Of a stretch of DNA of 64,000 nt, positions 13,489 to 27,680 are shown piece by piece. Under the pieces are notes generated by a model. That model ran no database searches. It was not told the DNA's origin and worked only from the letters and a program-made list of their open reading frames with translations. The position numbers and the translations under genes were made by a program. The stretch comes from Eledone cirrhosa (taxonomy: Eukaryota): assembly GCA_964016885.1 (NCBI GenBank), contig OZ024743.1:3162001-3226000 (forward strand), in the 5' to 3' direction. The first letter of the stretch is position 1. Every line of letters starts with the position of its first letter.

Positions 13489-15210
13489 GGCACGAAAACA
13501 TCGAGAAACTTAAAGAATTTCACACCCTTATAAATGGGCTCAACACGAATATTAACTTTACGATGGAATACAGCCATCAACAACTCCCCTTCCTCGACAT
13601 CCTCATTAAGATCCATAACAAAAAATAGAAACAGACATATACTACAAGCCCACAGACTCCAAGCAATATCTTCCTTTCAACTCTTGCCACCCTAGACACG
13701 TTAAAATTAATATTCCCTACAACTTAGCCAAGAGAATCTGTACTATAGTCTCCAATAAAAACACCTGTTACTTACGGCTACAAGAACTAAAGGACACACT
13801 CATAGGCAGGGACTACCCTGCATCACTAATTGACAATGGAATCCAACGTGCCCTAAAACTCAGTACCCAGGACCTTAGACACCCTAAAGTAAATCAACCG
13901 AAACTAAAAGCTCTTCCATACATCTCCACACACAATCCCCTCAACAATGAGGCCTTTGACACCATCCTCCAGAACATCCCTGTGTTGAAAAAGGACCATA
14001 GAATGAACCAAATTCTACGAACACACGATATCATAAAGAGCAAAAAACAATCTAAGTCAATGAAAAACATCCTAACACATGCCAAAGTACTGCCAACCAC
14101 AACAACGAAACCCACAATAAAAAAAAATGCGATAGACCCAACTGTGGCATATGCATCAACCTAATAGAGGGTTCGGAATTCTATTTCAAAGAAGGACAAC
14201 GTTTTATAGTAAAACACAATTTCACATGCGCATCAGAAAATAAACGTGCCGACACACACACATACATAAATGCACACATGCATTGCACACTGATGGGCAC
14301 ATAGTATTTCAATACGGCAAGGCCTAATGGATTCCCCTTTCAGTACGTACAATCTGGACACTCACACACACCTTGGTATTATGCCAATACTATATATCAT
14401 TTCACACCTTTTATTATTAAGGTTTTTGATGTTCTATTGAGAGAATCGTTTTTACTGAAAATATCGAATAATGTACACCATTTTTACCAGTATCACAAAA
14501 ATACTGGTCCACCCACACACACACATACATTAACATACAAAGAGACATACACACACACACACACACTTCTCCGTATAAGACAAGAGCTGAAAAATATCTT
14601 TTAACATGTTAAAATATCCCCCACACACGCACAGACACATTCCTACTGATCATCCCTCTACCACGAATTACTCTGCTACACACACACGCACACATGTCTT
14701 AATAGGCATTTGAACTGTCAACAGGCTTCGGTACGCACACACATCCCTGCTGACCATTATCACAACAACGAACCTCTTTACTACTACTACTACACACACA
14801 CACATATTTGTTTTGAAAGACTTATTTTTCAGTGACTTCTCAATCAGCCGACACAAACCTACATTTGGCGCAAAATCAATTTTTAACATTCACATGACCT
14901 CTATCGACCAATCAAAATTGTTTTGACCACAAGAATTTTTGCAACACGAATTGGCGCGAAACTTATTTTAATACATCTGGAGCCTCTTTTTTCACATAAA
15001 AACAGGTAGAATTTCTAAAACTAATCAGATCAGAGCAAACATCATGGACGCTCTATCTCAAAATTATTTTTGAAAAGCATTAAAAATGCGCAACCGGTAA
15101 AACTTAAAACCAAAACTGAATACTAACCAATACTATTACTAATTTTCACTTATTCCTAATTAAACTATTTTTCACTGTGAACAATTTGTCAGCATTTTCT
15201 TTTCCGTTTA

Positions 15211-15212
<2 letters not shown>
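13488..15212 (+). mobile_element. Neptune-like PLE remnant (RT C-half, Cys linker, EN deleted) with 3' UTR and degenerate HHR
   Basis: NINFTMEYS..LPFLDILI, DIYYKPTDSKQYL..SCHP, LPYISTHNP, CDRPNCGIC, NFTCASEN (frameshifted, ends ~14240). ttt TTGAAAA gcat..atgc GCAA ccgg TA aaa at 15067-15102. Confidence 0.75.
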
Positions 15213-15281
<69 letters not shown>

Positions 15282-15319
15282 AAAATTATAAGTTTGAAGA
15301 ATAGTCAGACAAAATTTAT

Positions 15320-16565
15320 CCAATTCTTTCTTTTTGAAGCGTTCAATGATGATGTGCGAGTTTGGTTCGCACAAATTGAGTCCTACTTCAAGGCAAGCTG
15401 TATCGATTCCGAGCAACACAAGTTGCATATTTTGTTGAGCGCCATTCCTGCCTCCTTGACGCTCACGCTGAAAGATTTAATTACGGATACACCTCCTGAC
15501 GCCTCGTATGCATCGTTAAAGACTGAAATTCTCCGTAGGACATCTCTTTCGGCGGAGAAGCGGTTCCGCACTCTAGTTCATCATGAACATTTGGGCGACA
15601 GGACGCCAACCCAACTCCTGCGTAGGATGAAGGAGCTTGCTGAAGGCTCTTCCGAGGAAAATTCCATGCTAAAGCAGCTGTTCTTCTCGCGTTTACCTTC
15701 GAGTGTGCTGGCCATTCTGGCTCCTATGATGGAGGTGAGCAGTGTTGACCAGTTGGCTTCTTCGACTGATAAAATCCTTGAATATTCAGAGAGCAAAGGT
15801 ACCGAAGAGTTTGACGCTGTTTCTTCCTCTCCTGCTACAGTGGCAGCAGCTCCTCCCAACGTAATGGAGTTGGCTCGTGAGATAAAGGAAATGCGTGCTT
15901 CATCTGGACGCTGTTCTTTTTCTCCTGCGTCTTCATCTATGTGTTAGTACCACGAGCGTTTTGGTCAGATCTCGCTTTCTTTGGATCTAAATTTACGTCG
16001 CGACTTTAAATGGATATTCGTTATAGTTGACCTGCCATATACAATCCTGGGAGCAGATTTCCTCCACCACTACTCGCTTTTAGTGGACGTTCGTAAACAA
16101 CGCCTCCTGGATAATACTACCAACTTTTCAATTCGTGACAAAAATTCCAGTACTCCATCGGTTAGCCCGACATTTTTCATCGCTGCTACAGGAAATGAAT
16201 ATCATAAACTCTTTGTCCTTCTTGGTTGTCGTTCAGCAGTCAAGGAAGATATCGGACACTCCCCAGCTGAGCTGGTTTGCGGAGTATCTTTATCTCTGCC
16301 GGGTCAGATGTTGGCCCCAGTTGACTTATCTTTGTCAGATCCCACTGTGTACGTAAACAGACTTCGATCGTATTTTAACGATCTTCCGGCAACACACTTT
16401 TAAATCTTTGGTTCCTTAGGAAGGACGCCGTGCGAGGTCCTCTCACGCCACCCTACACAGGACCTTATCATGTTCTTTCGCACATGAACAAACTTTTCAC
16501 CATAGACATTTGTGGGAGAAAAGAAACTATTTCCATTGATAGGGTGAAACAGGCCTTTTCAGACA
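15320..16565 (+). mobile_element. Internally deleted Ty3/gypsy LTR retrotransposon remnant (gag, protease C-part, integrase C-terminus)
   Basis: VWFAQIESYF and LGDRTPTQLLRRM (gag). LDLNLRRDFKWIF..ILGADFLHHY (protease). LLGCRSAVKED..SPAELV and PPYTGPYHV..ISIDRVK (integrase GPY/F). No RT/RNase H or LTRs seen. Confidence 0.8.
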
Positions 16566-16689
16566 TTCTTACACCAGAGCCCCATACACAGTTCATCAGA
16601 GATATAACACAACTACGTCTAGCATTTTTTCTCATGGACTACCGACCTTACACACACAGTCAGAACAAAACATCTCTTTAACTGCTAAA

Positions 16690-16947
16690 AGTTTCCTATC
16701 TTCACTGGCGGCTCACCTAATAGAGATAACTGGCGAATCTCGCGAGGGCGCTTGGCTGTTCCAGCGCATCAGCCTAGCCATGACCCGAGGTAACGCTGCG
16801 AGCGTGCTGGCTTGATCAAAAGTCATTAGAGAGGTTTCCCAATAATCCTCGCAACGCTGCTGTCTTTTGTTCTGGAGGTGGCTCGGTTGTTCACCCCTTC
16901 CTTTACATTATATCCGTCTGTGCTTTCGTCCTGTAAGCATTGTATTA
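16690..16947 (+). mobile_element. CRE-like RLE non-LTR retrotransposon 3' fragment
   Basis: FLSSLAAHLIEITGESREGAWLFQRISLAMTRGNAASVLA*. The 3' UTR resumes at ~17270-17310 after SINE and TA insertions. Confidence 0.65.
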
Positions 16948-16949
16948 TT

Positions 16950-17202
16950 GTCGATAAAATAAAGTACCAGTAATGCACTGAGTAATTGCTGGCCTTGTGC
17001 CTAAAGTATAAACAATTATATTTGGCAGTATCGGTAGAGGGTCGGCCACCATGCTCTAACGCATAGAGTTACGGCCCTTCCCATTCTGAGTTCAAATCGC
17101 GCCGAGGTTAACTTTGCCTTTCATCCTCACGGGGTCAATAAAATAAAGTACCAGTAATGCACTGAGTAATTTGCTGCCTTGTGCCAAAAGTAGAAACAAT
17201 TA
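16950..17202 (+). mobile_element. Nin-domain SINE (partial + near-complete tandem)
   Basis: B box gagttcaaatc and Nin-like gcctttcatcc..ggggtcaataaaataaagtaccag. Ends in agaaacaattat. Confidence 0.8.
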
Positions 17203-17485
17203 TCATATATATATATATATTTCTTTTTTATTTATTTCTATTTATATTATTATACTTCTCTTCATTTCGTACTGTATTATTATATTTATACAACTGTAAA
17301 TAAAATATTATTTGTGTCTATATTTTCATTTAAAAAAAAAACATTTAACTCTTAACATCATGTAACGATTTAGCAGAAATATCTAAATATATATTCGTCA
17401 ATGAATAATAATGATATTATAATATCATAACATTATTAATATTTATGAGGCTGTTTACTTGTAAACAAACCGAATATTAATAATA

Positions 17486-18245
17486 CTAGCAGAATGGCCC
17501 GGCGTTGCTCGGGCTTCTAAACATAGATTGGCATGTTTATCCCTCCTTTCTGAAACAGTACAGAATACCTCGACCTGGGGATGGTGTCTACATTTTGTGC
17601 TTACAAAAAAAATTCGTCGTAGATTACCAGGGGTTTAACTTAATTGGGTGCCTGAGAGTAAAATGTTCAACCCACGAAAGCCAAGACGATAGGGTTAAGT
17701 AAAAAGGCATTCGACAAACCGAACATGTATTTGTTGTGCTATGGTACAATGAAAGCAATAGTTACAGAGCAGTAAGCATGTGGGACTGCAGTGGTGGAGA
17801 GCATGAAGGAATTTAGTTGGATACTTTTAAGGTTACAAAAATCTACCCAATCTAATATAGACCGAACTGTTATATTGGATGCCGAACGCTTCGGAGTTAC
17901 TATTGGGGTCACCATCAACAATTTCAAGGGATGTACGTTTAAGTAGGGATAATATAGTCTATAAAGAGAGGTAACTCTTTCAAAATACTAAAGAGTTGTC
18001 TCTCTTGAACATTGTAGACAAAATCGCCGAACTAACTGACAAAAAGGGCTTAAAGTTTTAGTGGAAAAAAAAACGCCTTTAACAACAGAAAATTGAAAAA
18101 TAAAAGCTGCAGTTAATATCTTTAGACCGCAAGGAATATATAAATGCAAGTTTGAAGTCAATCGGAGTAGAAATGTGGATTTGTATAGACTTTGCCAAAA
18201 TTAGGACACACACACACAGACTTCAGTTTTATATATATGTATAGA
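17486..18245 (-). mobile_element. Non-autonomous Helitron
   Basis: Minus strand starts A|TCTATACATATATATAAAACTGAAGTC(TG)n and ends in hairpin cccgagcaacgccggg then CTAG|T. No TSD. Confidence 0.8.
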
Positions 18246-18251
18246 TTATGA

Positions 18252-18433
18252 TTGGCAGTATCGGTGGAGGGTCGGACACCATGCTTTCCCGTAGAGTTAT
18301 GTCCCTTTACAGTCTGAGTTCAAATCCCGCCGAGGTTAACTTTGCCTTTCATCCTTACGGGGTCGATAAAATAAAGTACCAGTAATGCACTGAGATAATT
18401 GCTGGCCTTGTGCCAAAAGTAGAAACAATTATT
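18252..18433 (+). mobile_element. Nin-domain SINE
   Basis: Same family as 17022-17202. Confidence 0.8.
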
Positions 18434-19027
18434 ATAATATTATTATTATTCACTCACGAATACATTTAGGTTATCAACTATGTTAAGAGCGAAAACAATT
18501 TTAAAAAAAATCAAAATATAGTTTTGTTTATTTAAATATTTATAGTGTTTTTACTAGAGTACATATCGTTTTTAAAATTTGCAGTATTAGAATAAAAACT
18601 TTCACTTTTTATTGTGATGTCATAGTGATATTTTGTTCTTTTCTAAAATGTCTTGCTAATGCAGTATCATTTTGTACACAGCGTTAAGGGTTAATACATT
18701 TTTATTAATTTTGTTAGGCGGTTTAATTGGTGGGAGTGCAGCTTATACGAAGTCCTTCAAGGTCGAACCTGCCGAGAAAGTCCTCCCTAAGATGTCTCAA
18801 TCCCAGAAAGTCCAGTTACAGAAGCTATATTTAAAAATTTTTAGTAGCATGACTGTCATAACAGCGGCTACACTCTATTCTGTGATGTTGTGCAAGCCAA
18901 GGTTGTATACAGAGTTTTTATATTTTATACGATTTTTTATTACATCAAAGTTACGGTTGAAAATAAATAATTGATACACACTCTAAGTTGTTTAAAATAC
19001 ATTGTTACTGAAATAAAGTAAATGATA

Positions 19028-19215
19028 GTGGATTGGTAGAATCGTCAGAGCCTTGGACAAATGTATAGCAGTATTTTTCCGGCTCTTTATGTTCTAGTTC
19101 TCAGCATTCTGTGTTCAAATCTTGTCATAGTCAACTTTGCCTATCACCCTTCCGGGATTTTAAAATAAAGTACCAGTCAAGTATTGAGCCGATTTAATCG
19201 ACTTTACCCTCCCCC
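19028..19215 (+). mobile_element. Nin-domain SINE, diverged subfamily
   Basis: ggtagaatcgtcagag..gttcaaatc..aactttgcctatcacccttccggg..aaataaagtaccagtcaagt. Confidence 0.65.
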
Positions 19216-19242
19216 AAAATAGAAATCCTTAATTTCTTATAG

Positions 19243-19672
19243 TTTAGTATTTTATTCACAGTTGTATAAAAAAAGAAATATAATACAATGCTTACAGAAC
19301 AAAAGCACAAACAAATATAATATAAAGGAAAGGTGGAGGAAAAGAAAGAGAAGAGAAAAAAGAAAAAAACAAACATAGAAGCAGGTAGCACACACACATC
19401 TAGGACCACATACAACAAAAGGCAGGCGAAAGGGGTGGACAACTGAGCCGCTACCAGAGTAAAATATAACAGTATCGCGAGGAGCACTGGGAAACCTCTC
19501 TAATCATTTTTTAGGCAAGCCAGCACGCTCGCGGAGTTACCTCGGGTGATGACCAGGCTGATGCGCTGGAACAACCAAGCACCCTCACGAACATCACCAG
19601 TTACCTCTGTTAGGCAAGCCGCCAATGAAGATAAGAACCTCGCAGTCAGTAGCCCAATTCCCTCAAACGTCT
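19243..19672 (-). mobile_element. CRE-like RLE non-LTR 3' fragment (second copy)
   Basis: TFEGIGLLTARFLSSLAACLTEVTGDVREGAWLFQRISLVITRGNSASVLACLKND*, plus a 3' UTR homologous to 16815-16947. Confidence 0.65.
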
Positions 19673-20549
19673 ATTATTAATTGTTAACATCCTCTGAGAG
19701 CTTCAACTAGCTGAACCAGTAGAGTATCGAACTGATAATTGAAAACTCTACAATATATATCAGTTCACTGAACATTTGTTCTATGCATAACATGAAAATA
19801 CCTGAATGTTGCATGCAGCAATCTAGCTAGCAATAAATCAGAACCTGTACATAGACATAATTTTGAGTACTATATGTGGTTCATGTGTATAAAGAATGAT
19901 TTACAGGACACACTAATTCAATTTAATCTGAAAGTTATTTTTGTGGCACATATATATATAATCCATCCATATATCTCTCTCGCTTTGACTTAAACAATGA
20001 CTTCAAATTACTCTACATTCATGTGCTGCCTGCACTTCTTTAAAGTCATCACCACCAGAAAATTTATAAATAGTTATATATATGTGTATCGAACTAGACA
20101 AACTGAGTTTGTGCTAATGCACCGAAATTTCCTACTCGCTCAACAAATATGCAGTGGTTTCCATGAACAATTATTAGTTAGGGTCTAAGGAAATTTCCTC
20201 GAATAACCAAGTCGCGAATGTTGGGGGTACACTGTATTTGTTTTTATTGTGTATCGACCTATTACGCGTGTTTCGCAGAGAATTGGTGCAAGGTCACTCA
20301 TGGAAGTTATGGATCCGACTCCAGTAATGATCTGCTCGTCAGCCTGGTGATTCAACAAAAAATTAAGTTGTTCTTATTATATACACTGTGCATCGAGTGC
20401 TCATATTGGTATTATCAGTAATTCATTGAATTACGTACACTAAACATCAGTGAACCGATGAGTGGCAATTGTCCTTGTGTTTTCTAAATATTTATTAGTA
20501 ACCACACAGTGCCTTTGTCACTTTTTAATATATATATATATACATATAT

Positions 20550-20925
20550 GTGTGAAGTGAGATGCTTCATAGCAGTGAAACATGGGCTGCGACTGTAGAA
20601 GACGTGTAGACAAGAGAAAAATGAAGCAACCATGCTTCGTTGGATGTGCAATGTAAATGTGAGAGAAAGGACAAGCTGAAGGAGAAGCCGGGTTTAAGAG
20701 GAATCCGAGGTGGTATGCAAGAGAGAAGACTGCGTTGAACAGACATGTGATGATTGATGGGGGAAGAAATGCCAGTGGAAGGAAGCTGCATAGTAGACCA
20801 AGGAAGACCGAGGCTGGGCAGAGATGGTGAGAGCTGATTTCAAATTGCAGAGGTGATGACAAAGGATTGCGACGAGTGGTGAGATGCTGTGTTGAGGACC
20901 CATCCAAGCGTGGAAAAGTGAGCAT
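20550..20925 (+). mobile_element. Degenerate RTE C-terminal fragment
   Basis: Decayed homology to 44165-44600 (MLH.SETWA, MLRWMCNVN). Confidence 0.75.
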
Positions 20926-21789
20926 TATGTTGTGGCACCAGCACTACCCCCTTACAAGATGAACTGGGTGCTTTTTTATTGTGGTGGATATGCCCGACTT
21001 AATATGCTATCAGAGAATGAATGAATAAGGGGAGGAGCATCTTTCTTTGTATGCTTATATTGGATGGACTAAGAGTGGGATGAAGGGGCTGCCTGTCTTT
21101 TTATCCTGGCGTGAGTTGGACAAGCAAGGTGCAGATGAAGGGTGGAAGGGCGTCTGTTTGTCCATGCAGTATCCATGAAATATGGATCTTGAAGACATAA
21201 TAATCATATGTATAAGTATACGCATGCTTTTATCGCCTAATTATTTTTGGTCTTGTTTTGTTATTTAGTCCCAAGCCAATTCTGACTGAGCAGATTTATT
21301 TCATCCTATGTTAGGTCAACTGGCTTCTTATTTACTAAGGGAGAATAATGTTGTATTACTAATTAGATCTAATGGAATAACTTCTACCAAAATTTTAATT
21401 GTATCATAATTAGATGTTTAATAATAATGATATGCTCCCTTCTGCCTCCCACAGCCTAGATTCACCTTCCCTGTCCAAACCAAGCATGCATGGAAAGATG
21501 GACATGCCCAACAATATACAACTCACTCTCTTTAAGGTTACCACATCATGGACTAACAAGCACCCTAATGTAATGAAGCAGTACTAATAACATGATAAAA
21601 TACACCCAGCTCTCTCAATGAGGTGGTAGTGCTTGTGTCAATAAAAAGCATCCAGTCCACTCTGTAAAATTGTAGAGCTGACCTGGTATTAAACAACATT
21701 AATTATATTTGCTTATTTTGTTTATATTTTTGGTAGACACAAACCAAGACTAATTTCTTCAGATTCTGGTTTTATTTATAAACATAGCA

Positions 21790-21995
21790 TGCCAAAAAGC
21801 ACCCAGCACACACTGTAAATGCGATTGGCATTGGGAAGGGCATCCAGCTGTAGAAACAGTCCTATACAAACCAGAAACAGTTCTATACAAGCGAGACATA
21901 GTCACCTGACCAAACTTGCCTCAAATGAGACAAAACCGTCTAACCCATGCTAACGTGGAAGATGGATGTTGAATGATGATGATGATGACGATGAC
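21790..21995 (+). mobile_element. RTE 3' tail fragment with (GAT)n
   Basis: aaaagcacccagcacacactgtaaa..gaagggcatccagctgtagaaa..ctaacccatgctaacgtggaag..(gat)n. Confidence 0.7.
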
Positions 21996-22936
21996 TTCCC
22001 TGGCTTTCTGTTATATTTGTTGTAAAAATCATTAGGTCATCTTGGCCATAGCTCCAACCCGCCCCATTGCAAGCATTGTCCTGCTGCTTAACCAACATGT
22101 CCATTAAAACCTCATTGTCTATAGTGACAATACAAATATCATTAAATCCCCAGTTAATTTGATTTGCCTAAAACTTCATAGTACTGATCCTTTAATGCAT
22201 CTCTTTCTCCTATTAATGGGGCATAAGCAGAGTTTAATGCAACACTGCCTATTATCTGAGTAATGTTAATACATGTTTCTGCTACACACCAATAACTTAT
22301 TCTGTTGGCAGTCTAAACTTAGTGAAGGACTTGGAGAGGATATAGGCAATGCCAAGCATTTCTAAGGCTCACTGAAATGCCATAATAGACAGTCTAGTGA
22401 CATCCAATGACTGGTTGCACCTGTTGCACTAACTTCTTTGAATAATAGTAATAATCCCATCACCTATAATTACTCCATCTATCCACTTCTCATTCACAAG
22501 ACTTTGTACTTGGGTTCCTCATTTGGGAGAAGTTTAACTGAAGACTTTCTTACACACAATAGTTGAATTCAACATTGTAAACTAACAAACTCTTTGTCAA
22601 ATATAACGAATGTACAACCACGTACATAGCACACAACACACAAAAACAAGATGGTGTAAGACAAAAGAAAGGAGAGACACTAAATAACAAATTAGTCACT
22701 GAAAAGGTCAGAGAATGTGTGACGAAAGAGCTTTGACAAAACAACTATCTGGTTATTAAACCAACCAACTGAAAAATTGTAATAAATTGAAATGAAAACC
22801 AAGAGGTGCATATGTTTTTATTGGCAGCAAGATCTTCCCAATATAACAATATCTGTTTCAACGACACATTTTCAGATAAGAAATCTTGCAAAACAAATAC
22901 AAAAATGAAATATACATACATAAATATATATATATA

Positions 22937-23368
22937 CAATGATATTAAATAAATGGAAACTATAATTATAAAACTATATTTATTTTATTTCAAGGGTACC
23001 AAAATTTTGGTACGCTATCTTCAGATAAAATACAAAATGTTTTATAAATATTTGACATAACCAAGGATAATATACCTTAACTGTTCAAGTTATCCCCAGA
23101 AAGTCAAGTTATCCCTTTCTAGGGATAAGTTGAACAGTTAAGATATATTATCCTTGGTTATGTCAAATATTTATAAAATATTTTGTATTTTATCTGAAGA
23201 TAGCATATGAAAATTTTGGTACCGTTGAAATATATATAATAAAATAAATATGGTTTTATAAATATAGTTTCCATTTATTTAATATCATTGAATATTTACT
23301 CCCAGAAATCTGCCGAGTCTCTGAATCAGTTATAAACATTTATATTTGTTGTATTTCCAACAAATTAA
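22937..23368. mobile_element. Fold-back pLTR element (related to the 5603-6328 pLTR) with HHR
   Basis: Diverged inverted arms ~22937-23097 and ~23121-23290, extension 23291-23368. HHR 23186-23246: tattttat CTGAAGA...GAAA tatata TA ataaaata. Confidence 0.8.
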
Positions 23369-23379
23369 ATATCCCTCCT

Positions 23380-24659
<1,280 letters not shown>

Positions 24660-25137
24660 GTAGGAGGTGAGTTTTATTGTAGTACAATAAAGCAATGCAG
24701 ATATCGGATAAGAAGCACTCTACAGTTTGTGGGACTGGAGTATGCATAATATAAGATCAAAAGATGGTTAAAGGAGTTCAATATATTTTATTATGCGCAT
24801 TTTAAAAACAAACATCATCAAACAATAATATTTGTGTTTTCATCAGATAAAACAGGAGAACATGATATGAAGGCTAAAAAAAACACTTGTTGATAGTGCA
24901 GTTTTAAATCAACATATGAAAAGTGGTTTTAGATTGATGTGACACATCAATCTAAAACCACTTTTCATATGTTGATTTAAAACTGCACTATCAACAAGTG
25001 TTTTTTTTTAGCCTTCATATCATGTTCTCCTGTTTTATCTGATGAAAACACAAATATTATTGTTTGATGATGTTTGTTTTTGAAATGCGCATAATAAAAT
25101 ATATTGAACTCCTTTAACCATCTTTTGATCTTATATT
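24660..25137. mobile_element. Near-perfect fold-back pLTR element with HHR
   Basis: Arms 24747-24941 and 24943-25137 with a 1-nt loop. Extension 24660-24746. Confidence 0.85.
25033..25099 (+). ncRNA. Type I hammerhead ribozyme
   Basis: ttttat CTGATGA aaacacaaatattatt..gatgatgtttgttttt GAAA tgcgca TA ataaaa. Confidence 0.8.
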
Positions 25138-25174
25138 ATATAAATATATATATATATAAATATATATATATATA

Positions 25175-25206
<32 letters not shown>

Positions 25207-25438
25207 AATATATATATATAAATATATATATATATAAATATGTAGATAAATCTACCAAGAGTTTACGGTAGTGTCCAATCCGTATGAAGAACTCAATGTA
25301 ATCCGGATATCATGGAAAGAAGAGATGCATTCAAAAATCACTTTCGGTGAAAGATAAACGGAATACAGAGTCAAGATAAAATATAAAAAAAATAATGAAT
25401 AAAACAATGAAACAGTTCCTTATATTAAACAAAAAAAG

Positions 25439-25591
25439 TTCATTATTTAACGATCGTTTCTAGGACATATATGTGTTAGAATTGGTATGCATATTCAACA
25501 GATCTATGTACAAAATTATACAAAATTATACAAATTATCAAATATAATATACATACCAACACATACATATGCCGTCTTCAGAAATAATGAA
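25439..25591 (-). ncRNA. Type I hammerhead ribozyme with very long stem II
   Basis: Minus strand reads ttcattattt CTGAAGA [~115 nt] GAAA cgatcg TT aaataatgaa. Stem I is 10 bp and stem III is palindromic. Confidence 0.75.
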
Positions 25592-26244
25592 ATATATTTA
25601 TTGATAATAACAACAATTCAAAATTACAGGTCTGTTTGGGAACAGAGTTCAAATTGACCAATGAAATACACAAAAATATATCAAGAAAATACAGTTAGGT
25701 GTGTGTATATATGTAAGTAACTTCGTTCACAGATATGCATAAAGATATATGTTCACATGCATACGCATGTCGAAAAAATGTATGTAAATACAAAAATTCA
25801 GGGCTAATGTCTCTGTATGTTTATAATCTACAGATAAAATACACATACGCATATAAACATATATAGATTCATATATACACACATATATATACATTCACAC
25901 ACACACGCGCATACACACATAAATATACACATACCCACGAACATACACACACACTCTCACACACACACACACACATATGTATATATTATTATTATAACTA
26001 TATGGATATTTAGGCGCACATATAAACACTGCCACATATATTTTTACATCCAAATGCAGAAGTGGGTAAGGGGGTCAGTAATTAGTAAGGGTGTCAGAAA
26101 AACTGCCTATTTATAAAATGTATCTATAAATTTAGAAATAAAAAGAAATATATTAAAAAAATATATAAACAAGTAAAATATATACTCATACATAAAATAC
26201 ACACCGATATACGTATATATATATATATATACACACACACATAT

Positions 26245-26276
<32 letters not shown>

Positions 26277-26737
26277 ACATACATACACACATACATACAT
26301 AGAGACACATACATATACAAATACATAGACACACATACAAACACACATACATATATATACACATATATTCACAACACACATACATATATACACATATATG
26401 TACACACACATACACACACATATATATATATACACACATATACATACAGACACATATATATACACACATATATACACACATATACACACACATATATATA
26501 TATATATACACAGACAACACACACACACACATACATATACGTATATATACACACACATACACATATCCATGTATGTATATACACATACAACCATACGCTC
26601 ACACAACTCAGACATACATAAATAAAGAGATATACATACACACATATACACATATACATATATATATATATATACATATACATACACATAAATATATACA
26701 CACACACACACACACACACATATATACACACACTCAC

Positions 26738-26780
<43 letters not shown>

Positions 26781-26979
26781 TATAAAAATATATATAAAAA
26801 AAAAAATAAATAAATAAATAAATACACACAGTCAGACAATTATGCACACATATATATATATACATACACACATCTCTACAAATATATATACACACATACA
26901 CACGCACACATACATATATACATACACACATACTTATATATAGACATATATATACACACATATATATACATATACATAC

Positions 26980-27014
<35 letters not shown>

Positions 27015-27680
27015 ATCATAGACACTTATTTACATGCGCACATATGTATTTTTATACTCACATATAAACACCCAAACATACATACCTACTTACATACACA
27101 TACATTCATCCACGCTTACAAATACAAATAATTATGGGGGGGGGGATTAAAATTATTAGTGGGAAATAGTAAATATAAGTTTCAAGGAACATAGAATATT
27201 AATCTGCATTTAGATCATAATATATGTTTACATAGTAGTTTCAGTATTAGGAAATGTAAGAAAGAAGGCAAAATTATGCATTTTAATATAAGTAGACTAT
27301 TAATTAAAGGTTAACTAAATTAAAATTAGTTAATATATTGATTTCTAAGGTGTATACTACTTAGGTTTATAATATTTGAAGCAGAATTTTGAAGTTAAAC
27401 AGTAGTAGAGTATTAATTATATCATAACTAAATTAAAATATTAACATTATGGTATCAATATTAGGAAATGAATTTAGTAATAGGGAAAACCAAATCAAGT
27501 ATTTCATCGGTAGTAGAATATAAATTATAGGTTAACTAAATTAAAAAATAATATATTAAATTCTATAGTATATGTTAATTAGATTAATAATAATTAAAGC
27601 AGATTTTGTATTTTATCTATAGTAGAATATAATAATAGGTTAACAAAAATTAAAAATAATATATATATATATATATATAT

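Noticed and set aside
17740-17935. Weak resemblance to Helitron helicase motifs (GVTINNFKG)
   Set aside because: Opposite to the element orientation, contains a stop and is too weak to call by eye.
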